Shown here: positions 33,599 through 38,775 of the stretch, piece after piece | How positions within the stretch are numbered: position 1 is the first letter of the stretch | Layout of the letters: the number at the start of each line of letters is the position of its first letter | Program-made: the position numbers and the translations under genes | NCBI GenBank assembly: GCA_018818145.1 | Contig: JAHIST010000087.1 | Location: 1-38,775, forward strand | Direction of reading: 5' to 3' | Length of the DNA: 38,775 nt | From: Patescibacteria group bacterium | GTDB lineage: Bacteria > Patescibacteriota > Minisyncoccia > Portnoybacterales > GWB1-42-6 | The notes under the pieces: generated by a model | The model's database searches: none | The model's input: only the letters and a program-made list of their open reading frames with translations | What the model was told of the DNA's origin: nothing

Positions 33599-33707
33599 CC
33601 GCCTGCTCGCCTCGCTGCCGCCTTTTGCGAGCCTCGCCTCTGGCGGGAAGCTACGGCGAAGCGGGCGGCGGCATGGTTTAGAAATTAGAAATTAGGATTT
33701 AGAAATT
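33599..33707. repeat. Intergenic composite repeat: GC hairpin family plus the TTAGAAATTAGAAATT word run
   Basis: CCGCCTGCTCGCCTCG...GGCGAAGCGGGCGG is the reverse-complement relative of 27197-27240 and 9773-9817. It is followed by GGTTTAGAAATTAGAAATTAGGATTTAGAAATT. Confidence 0.7.
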
Positions 33708-33714
33708 ATATTTT

Positions 33715-34629
33715 ATGGTTATTTCAAAAACACTCCTTCGTATCTTAAAATCCGGCTTCCAGAGTTTTTGGCGAAATTATTGGTTAACTACTGCCACCGT
33801 TGCCATTATGATTTTGGCTTTGCTGGGGATCGCGGGTCTCGCACTTTTTAATGTGATGACGCAGGCAGTGGTGGCTAATCTGGAAAACCGGGTTGATATC
33901 AGCGTTTATTTCAACACCGACACCGACGAGGCAAAAATTTTGAGCATCAGGCAGGAGCTGGTGGAATTAAATGAGGTCAAAAGTGTTGACTATGTGTCGC
34001 AGGAAGAAGCGCTCAAGCGCTTCCAGGAAAGGCATAAAGACAATCCGGTTTTAATGCAAAGCCTGCAGGAGCTGGAGAGCAATCCTCTGGAGGCAAGTTT
34101 AAACATCAAGGCGCGCAACGCTACCCAGTACGAAGCGATTGCTAATTATTTAGCGCAGGACAGGTTTCAGGGGGCGATTGACAAGATAAATTTTAATCAA
34201 AATAAAGAAATAATCGCGCGCCTAACGCGGCTCACCGGCAATATTCAAAATGGGGGATTACTGATTTCCGTGTTTTTGGGACTGCTGGCAATGCTGGTTT
34301 CGTTTAATACAATTCGGCTGACAATGTTTAATTGGCGGGACGAAATTTCTGTTATGCGGCTGGTGGGCGCCAGCAATTGGTTTATCCGCGGCCCGTTTTT
34401 GGTTGAAGGTATAATTTATGGAGTGGTGTCGGCCGCCGCGACGCTGCTGTTAATTTATCCGATACTGTATGTTATTTCGCCCAAGGTGACGAGTTTTTTG
34501 TCGGGCGTTGATTTGCTTTATTTTTATCAGTCAAATTTCTGGCAATTTTTATTGCTGCTGCTGGGAGTGGGCGTGGCGCTGGGCGGAGTTTCCAGTTTGA
34601 TTGCGATAAGGCGATATTTGAGGTCATAG
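33715..34629 (+). CDS. ftsX: Cell-division permease-like protein FtsX
   Basis: 304 aa with TM1, an extracytoplasmic domain and 3 C-terminal TM segments. The motif is MRLVGASNWFIRGPFLVEG. Confidence 0.85.
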   Translation: MVISKTLLRILKSGFQSFWRNYWLTTATVAIMILALLGIAGLALFNVMTQAVVANLENRVDISVYFNTDTDEAKILSIRQELVELNEVKSVDYVSQEEALKRFQERHKDNPVLMQSLQELESNPLEASLNIKARNATQYEAIANYLAQDRFQGAIDKINFNQNKEIIARLTRLTGNIQNGGLLISVFLGLLAMLVSFNTIRLTMFNWRDEISVMRLVGASNWFIRGPFLVEGIIYGVVSAAATLLLIYPILYVISPKVTSFLSGVDLLYFYQSNFWQFLLLLLGVGVALGGVSSLIAIRRYLRS

Positions 34630-34687
34630 ATTTTAGTTTGTAAGTTTTTAAGTTTATCGGTTTATAATTTTTCTATTGTCATTCCCA

Positions 34688-34731
34688 CCCCGTATCTGTC
34701 ATTCCCGCGAAAGCGGGAATCCAGTACGGGG
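34688..34731. repeat. Nested hairpin repeat (CCCCGTATCTG ... ATTCCCGC gaaa GCGGGAAT ... CAGTACGGGG)
   Basis: The inner 8-bp stem has a GAAA loop. The outer ~10-bp stem has one bulge. GTCATTCCC and GCGGGAATCC are each repeated nearby. Confidence 0.6.
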
Positions 34732-34766
34732 TAAACTCCAGCGGGAATCCATTTAAGAAAAGATCT

Positions 34767-34840
34767 TGCGGGGTCTGCTAAGGGTAGGCAACATGCCTCT
34801 GAAGCATGGAATCTTGGTTCGAGTCCAAGCCCCGCAGCCA
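34767..34840 (+). tRNA. tRNA-Gln (anticodon CTG), CCA encoded
   Basis: Acceptor TGCGGGG/CCCCGCA (U1-A72), D arm TGCT-AAGGGTA-GGCA, anticodon arm CATGC-CTCTGAA-GCATG, T arm CTTGG-TTCGAGT-CCAAG, discriminator G, then CCA. Confidence 0.85.
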
Positions 34841-34914
34841 AATTGAGATAGGTTCGGAGTCAGAGTTCGTCATTATTTAACTTTTTAAGAATTAGAGTAT
34901 ATAATTATCAGGAC

Positions 34915-35457
34915 ATGGACTTATATATCATTTTTGCGGGTATCATTGAGCCAGCTTTTGGTAATCGTCTACTTCAGGCTATATTGACTGCTGAACAGAA
35001 GGGCACCCAGAAGATAAATCTTCTGTTTTCGTCTATTGGGGGGAATACCCAAGAAGGGTTTACCTTAGCAACCGCTATTCGTAATTCAAAGATCCCAGTT
35101 GCGATTCATGCAACCAATAATATAGATTCAATAGCCAACGTTATTTACTTGTCTGCAAAAGAAAGAACAGCGGAGTCTTATGCAAAATTTTATGTGCACG
35201 GCGCTAATACAACCGGTACTTTTGATGAGAAGCAGTTAAAAGAACAGTTACAGGCCGTTAAAACAGAAACAACTCGCATAGCGTATTATATTTCTGAGAA
35301 TTCAAATATTGGTCTACCTGAAGTCCAATCTATGATGGAGGCGGGGACCAGCCTTACTGCTCAAGAGGCACTTCAGCGCGGTATCGTACAGGGCATAAAA
35401 CATATGGAGGTTCCGCCCCAAGGTGTTATTAGAGAGGATATAGTTTTTATAAATTAA
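34915..35457 (+). CDS. ClpP-fold (S14-like) serine protease-like protein, 180 aa
   Basis: It aligns by eye to ClpP. INLLFSSIGGNTQEGFTLATAIRNSKIPV matches I-x-L-Y-I-N-S-P-G-G. NNIDSIANVIYLSA corresponds to G-x-A-A-S-M-G (Ser retained). KFYVHGA corresponds to M-I-H-Q-P (His retained). The ClpP Asp position appears not to be conserved (MEAGTSLTAQEA). Confidence 0.6.
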   Translation: MDLYIIFAGIIEPAFGNRLLQAILTAEQKGTQKINLLFSSIGGNTQEGFTLATAIRNSKIPVAIHATNNIDSIANVIYLSAKERTAESYAKFYVHGANTTGTFDEKQLKEQLQAVKTETTRIAYYISENSNIGLPEVQSMMEAGTSLTAQEALQRGIVQGIKHMEVPPQGVIREDIVFIN

Positions 35458-35462
35458 TATTT

Positions 35463-35687
35463 ATGGACAAAGAACAAGTACAGAAAAAAATAAAAGAAGT
35501 TCTGGAAAAAATGGGCTGTACCGATGTGATTTTCAAGGATGCTGAATCAGATTCATTTTTTGTGGCTTTCAATTCTAAAGAAGTAACAAGTTTTATTGCT
35601 GATGTGGGCAATTGGAAATACTCAGGTATCCAGTTGGATGTTTCTAGAGAACGTCAATACAAAATTGATTTTAAAAAGGTTTCATAA
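35463..35687 (+). CDS. Hypothetical 74-aa protein, translationally close to the ClpP-like gene
   Basis: It starts 5 nt after the upstream stop. No motif is recognised with confidence. The opening KKIKEVLEKMGCTDVIFKD is faintly reminiscent of Jag/KhpB-type small alpha-beta domains. Confidence 0.45.
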   Translation: MDKEQVQKKIKEVLEKMGCTDVIFKDAESDSFFVAFNSKEVTSFIADVGNWKYSGIQLDVSRERQYKIDFKKVS

Positions 35688-35711
35688 ATTTCCGAGGAGC
35701 ATCAAAGTTAA

Positions 35712-35765
35712 GATCAAAAAATCGCCAAAGCGTTAGATGTCAAGGTTGACGATTTAATCAAATAG
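35712..35765 (+). pseudogene. Relic C-terminal tail of an XRE-type HTH (R-M controller-like) gene
   Basis: DQKIAKALDVKVDDLIK* is preceded by in-frame stops and ends 3 nt before the methyltransferase ATG. IAKALxVxVDDLI is the typical last helix of XRE HTH domains. Confidence 0.4.
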
Positions 35766-35768
35766 TTT

Positions 35769-36608
35769 ATGGACTTTAAACTTTCAACAAAAATTATTAT
35801 TGGTGATAGCCGCGAGATGAAAGAGGTTCCCAATGATAGTGTTCATCTCGTTGTTACTTCTCCACCATATTTTAACGCTAAAACATATAGCGATGATTTT
35901 TCGGGAAAAGACTTAGGCAATATTAACGATTACAAAATATGGAAAGATGAGATAAAAAAAGTTTGGAGTGAATGTATAAGGGTTTTACAGCCCGGCCGAA
36001 GGTTGTTTATTAATATAATGAATCTACCCCTTAAATCAAATGGTAAAGATGTTTTTAGAACTTTAAATATCGTCGGGCATACAGTAGATATGTGTGAGGA
36101 TTTGGGATTTATTTTTAAGAGAGAAATTATTTGGCACAAAACCAATGGTGTTCGGGCGCATTTTGGCACCTATCCTTATCCAGGGGGGATTTTAATAAAT
36201 AATATGCACGAGCAGATTTTGGAATTTGAAAAACCCAAAGGGAATGGTTCAAAATATGACCATCTTTCAAGAGAAACAAAAGAAGCATCAAAAATAAATA
36301 AAGATTTCTGGCTATTATTAAAAAATACTGATGTTTGGTTAATGAAGCCTTATAAAAGCGGCACAAGAGAGCATTTGGCGCCATTTCCTGTTGAATTACC
36401 GGTAAGGCTTATAAAGGCTTATTCTTACATAACAGAAACAGTTTTAGATCCATTTGGTGGTATGGGGACAACCGCAAAAGCGGCAATTTCAGAAAAACGT
36501 AATTCAATAATTTACGAAATTAATAAATCATTTTTGCCGTTAATAAAATCTAGTATTAGCGATAATCTATTTAACAAAATAAAAAGAGAAATAATCTATC
36601 AAAAATAA
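35769..36608 (+). CDS. DNA methyltransferase, N4/N6 beta class (SPPY motif IV before motif I)
   Basis: VVTSPPYFN is motif IV; SPPY is more typical of N4-cytosine enzymes. Also LAPFPVELPVRLIKAYS and VLDPFGGMGTTAKAA (motif I). Confidence 0.9.
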   Translation: MDFKLSTKIIIGDSREMKEVPNDSVHLVVTSPPYFNAKTYSDDFSGKDLGNINDYKIWKDEIKKVWSECIRVLQPGRRLFINIMNLPLKSNGKDVFRTLNIVGHTVDMCEDLGFIFKREIIWHKTNGVRAHFGTYPYPGGILINNMHEQILEFEKPKGNGSKYDHLSRETKEASKINKDFWLLLKNTDVWLMKPYKSGTREHLAPFPVELPVRLIKAYSYITETVLDPFGGMGTTAKAAISEKRNSIIYEINKSFLPLIKSSISDNLFNKIKREIIYQK

Positions 36609-36609
36609 T

Positions 36610-37728
36610 ATGGACGCAAAAACAATTTATGCGCAATCTAGCGATATAAAATCCAGAACATACCTTGAATATCGGAAAGATATGAAGAAAAAAGCCATCG
36701 CAGAACTGGAAATACTTGATTGGCTGAAATCTAAATTATCAACTTTATATCCAAATCAAAAACTCGAAGTGTCTAAATCTGGCGGAGATGCCTTTTTGTG
36801 GTTTTTAAGAAAGGGAGGAGTAACCAGAGAACCGGATTATAGGGCAAAGATTGGTGATAAAGATTTTGATATTGAGTTTCAATATGCTGATAAAATAGGT
36901 TTGGATTATTTTGATTTTGCCGTCTCAAAGATCACTAAAAAGAATAGGAAAACTGGAAAAAGGGAATCGCATCAAGACAGGAAAATTTTATACATTTTGA
37001 AAAATAATCACTCATTCGCATTTTTTGATCCCGAATGGGTTTTAAAAAATGGGAAGATAGGATTTGTAGATGCGTGGAGAAAAGACGCCTATAGAATACC
37101 AAAAACAAAATTTCTAAAAGTATTAGAATCTGATCCTGCTCTAAAATCTGTTATTGAGATGATTGATATAAAAAATTATATTCTAAATTTCCAGCACGAC
37201 CTTATTGGGATTAATAAAGAAAAATTATCTTATTTATTACAGCAAATTATAGATGAACAAAAAATTGTCAAAATTATTCCAAATGATTTAGATAGTTTCT
37301 TCAAGGTTTGTTTTATTTTAGACAATTTAAATAAAGCTCCTCAAAACATAAATTTATGGTTGGTATATTTGTTAAGTTTTATTTCTGACAAAAATACAAC
37401 CGAAGATTTATCCAAAATAATTTACTGTATAGATTTTCTTTATTCAAAAACTGAACTAAAACAAAACGAATTGAAAAGTTTAATAGAGAAAATTAAGAAG
37501 TGTTTCAGATTATTAAAAAGTTTTGAACAAAAAGAAGGTTCTTTTAAATCCTCGGTAAATTTATCGCCCATTGATGAAACTAGGGATGCGATTTTTTCTA
37601 TTAATTTATTAGAGGATTTAACACAGGATTTAATTTTTTATTACAAAACGCAGGAGCTCAATCCAATTACAAAAATTTATCAAAGTTTAAATTTTATACA
37701 CAATACATATAATTTGATAAAAAGATAA
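36610..37728 (+). CDS. Orphan 372-aa protein; candidate restriction endonuclease partner
   Basis: It starts 1 nt after the methyltransferase stop and is very A+T-rich. The N-terminal region has ELEILDWL ... EPDYRAKIGDKDFDIEFQYADK, compatible with a PD-x(n)-(D/E)-x-(K/Q) nuclease core. No family was recognised. Confidence 0.4.
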   Translation: MDAKTIYAQSSDIKSRTYLEYRKDMKKKAIAELEILDWLKSKLSTLYPNQKLEVSKSGGDAFLWFLRKGGVTREPDYRAKIGDKDFDIEFQYADKIGLDYFDFAVSKITKKNRKTGKRESHQDRKILYILKNNHSFAFFDPEWVLKNGKIGFVDAWRKDAYRIPKTKFLKVLESDPALKSVIEMIDIKNYILNFQHDLIGINKEKLSYLLQQIIDEQKIVKIIPNDLDSFFKVCFILDNLNKAPQNINLWLVYLLSFISDKNTTEDLSKIIYCIDFLYSKTELKQNELKSLIEKIKKCFRLLKSFEQKEGSFKSSVNLSPIDETRDAIFSINLLEDLTQDLIFYYKTQELNPITKIYQSLNFIHNTYNLIKR

Positions 37729-37759
37729 TTTAATTTTAATCTTAATTTTTCTTAATTTT

Positions 37760-38416
37760 ATGGACAATAATATAGTTCAGACAGAGTTAGTGAATGACGA
37801 GCAGGAACATCAGCCAGAAGCTGATAAAAAATCAGTAAAAATTAGTTTGAGAAACGCCATTATTATTGTAGTGATTGTAGCGTTGGCCGTGCTGGCTTAT
37901 GTTTACAAGGGTTTGTTTATCGCGGCAACTGTTAATGGCAGTCCGATAAGCCGGCTGGCTATAATTCAGAAGTTAGAGAAGACGTCAGGCAAAAGTTTGC
38001 TGAATTCTCTTATTACCGAAAAGCTTGTGCAGAACGAGGCGAGCGCAAAGAAAATTGTTATAAGCGATGACGAAATTAGCGGGGAAATAAAAAAAATTGA
38101 AGATCAGATTGTCGCGCAGGGCGGCACGCTGGACGAAGCGCTCGGAGCGCAAAGCATGAGCAGGGATGATTTAAAAAAGCAAATTGTTTTCCAAAAGGAA
38201 ATGGAAGCATTGGTTGCAGACAAAATAAACGTTAGTGATGAAGAAGTGGCGCAGTATATTGAGGATAATAAAATTTCAATTCCAAAAGGGCAGGAAGCGG
38301 CGACTAACGAGCAGATAAAAAATAATTTAAGAAATCAAAAGCTGAATAAAGAAGCCACCACCTTGATAGACACCCTGAAGTCGCAAGCCAAGATTAACTA
38401 TTTTGTAAAATATTAA
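37760..38416 (+). CDS. SurA-N-terminal-like / PpiC-type chaperone domain protein, membrane-anchored
   Basis: A TM segment (IIIVVIVALAVLAYVY) is followed by ATVNGSPISRLAIIQKLEKTSGKSLLNSLITEKLVQNEA, typical of SurA_N-like domains. Confidence 0.6.
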   Translation: MDNNIVQTELVNDEQEHQPEADKKSVKISLRNAIIIVVIVALAVLAYVYKGLFIAATVNGSPISRLAIIQKLEKTSGKSLLNSLITEKLVQNEASAKKIVISDDEISGEIKKIEDQIVAQGGTLDEALGAQSMSRDDLKKQIVFQKEMEALVADKINVSDEEVAQYIEDNKISIPKGQEAATNEQIKNNLRNQKLNKEATTLIDTLKSQAKINYFVKY

Positions 38417-38536
38417 AATTTATCTTGCTTGATGTATCGGGCGGCCAAAATAAAAAATGCGACTTATTAAGCCGTATTTTTTATTTAGTTTAGTTGCACC
38501 AATTTTAAATATTAAAGCGTATTAAATAATAAAGGC

Positions 38537-38775
38537 ATGCCAATATTTCCAAACTTCAATTACGAATATATTGTGTCGGCATATCGTCAGCTTCGCGAAA
38601 AATATTTTTGCCAGCGTTATTGCATTATAGCGGCCGTTATTTTTTTAATATGTATAATAGGAATCCTATTTTTTATAATACAAAATGATGATGCTTCAAC
38701 GCGACAAAATATTGATGAAGTGCCAACGCAGACGTCGCCTCCTCTGCCCACAGAGATTGACCCGAATTTTTTAAG
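38537..38775 (+). CDS. Membrane-anchored hypothetical protein, 3' end outside window
   Basis: From ATG 38537 the frame is open to the window end (MPIFPNFNYEYIVSAYRQLREKYF...), with a TM segment IIAAVIFLICIIGILFFII. Confidence 0.4.
   Translation, partial: MPIFPNFNYEYIVSAYRQLREKYFCQRYCIIAAVIFLICIIGILFFIIQNDDASTRQNIDEVPTQTSPPLPTEIDPNFL

Larger units (their letters stand above)
34841..37740 (+). mobile_element. Candidate genomic islet downstream of tRNA-Gln (no recombinase and no att duplicate seen)
   Basis: Immediately 3' of a tRNA. It is visibly more A+T-rich (especially 35700-37740) than the flanking core genes. The content is a protease-like gene, a small ORF, a controller relic, a methyltransferase and an orphan gene. 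Confidence 0.4.

Noticed and set aside
33483-33695. 70-aa plus-strand ORF in the ftsE-ftsX spacer
   Set aside because: It is composed of the palindromic and GC-hairpin repeats (33531-33583 and 33599-33668). Its low-complexity Arg/Ser/Gly-rich translation points to a repeat artefact.
35463-35765. The 74-aa ORF and the HTH tail as one disrupted gene (they share a reading frame)
   Set aside because: The 74-aa protein shows no helix-turn-helix character, and two stops separate the segments. A shared frame has a one-in-three chance expectation.
34841-38536. Direct repeat of the tRNA-Gln 3' end (attR) marking an integrated element
   Set aside because: No copy of TTCGAGTCCAAGCCCCGCA or a substantial part of it was seen downstream by eye, and there is no integrase. 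The island call therefore stays low-confidence.
1-38775. Alternative genetic code (UGA as a sense codon, as in some candidate phyla)
   Set aside because: TGA cleanly terminates recJ, the priming sugar transferase and the frame-0 leader of prfB at positions matching homologue lengths. RF2, which reads UGA, is encoded.

Overview
This 38.8-kb window is coded almost entirely on the plus strand. It uses the standard genetic code, with TGA as a stop. The gene content looks like a streamlined Candidate Phyla Radiation / Patescibacteria-type bacterium (inference): archaeal-type AspRS, a DUF4012 protein, many membrane-anchored cell-envelope proteins, weak Shine-Dalgarno use and intergenic regions packed with short hairpin repeats. 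Core genes: pgk (5' end outside the window), recJ, rnhA, a secreted cell-wall block (FN3 protein, L,D-transpeptidase, CAP/SCP protein), a DUF763-like gene, rnpB (minus strand), a glycan-assembly cluster (priming sugar transferase, three GT4 glycosyltransferases, a Wzz-like protein, DUF4012, MurJ), a 1825-aa alpha-2-macroglobulin-like surface protein, a membrane-anchored Memo-like protein, lepA, an ftsB/divIC-like gene, tRNA-Gly, aspS, tRNA-Thr, prfB (with its +1 frameshift), ftsE, ftsX, tRNA-Gln and a SurA-N-like chaperone. Accessory content: (a) a 1.15-kb cassette without an integrase, carrying a Panacea(DUF4065)-antitoxin / RelE-like toxin pair, inserted at the recJ/rnhA junction and bounded by a duplicated rnhA 5' end; (b) an A+T-rich block just downstream of tRNA-Gln with a ClpP-fold protease-like gene, a 74-aa partner, the relic tail of an HTH controller gene, an SPPY-type DNA methyltransferase and a 372-aa orphan with a PD-(D/E)xK-like motif. 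The most unusual observations are: (1) a 129-aa Hint (intein-like) domain with no +1 nucleophile, at the bait-region position of the alpha-2-macroglobulin-like protein, which has no CxEQ thioester; (2) several dispersed hairpin-repeat families inserted in frame into conserved genes (pgk, lepA twice, GT4 genes, possibly prfB and recJ) and into the RNase P RNA gene, some with 9-10-bp direct-repeat flanks; (3) an RNase P RNA of about 637 nt; (4) tRNA-Thr enclosed in a perfect 18-bp leader-trailer helix built from a motif (CCCCGTTAGA) that also closes two other ~100-nt palindromes. All family names come from motif recognition by eye. No database search was run.
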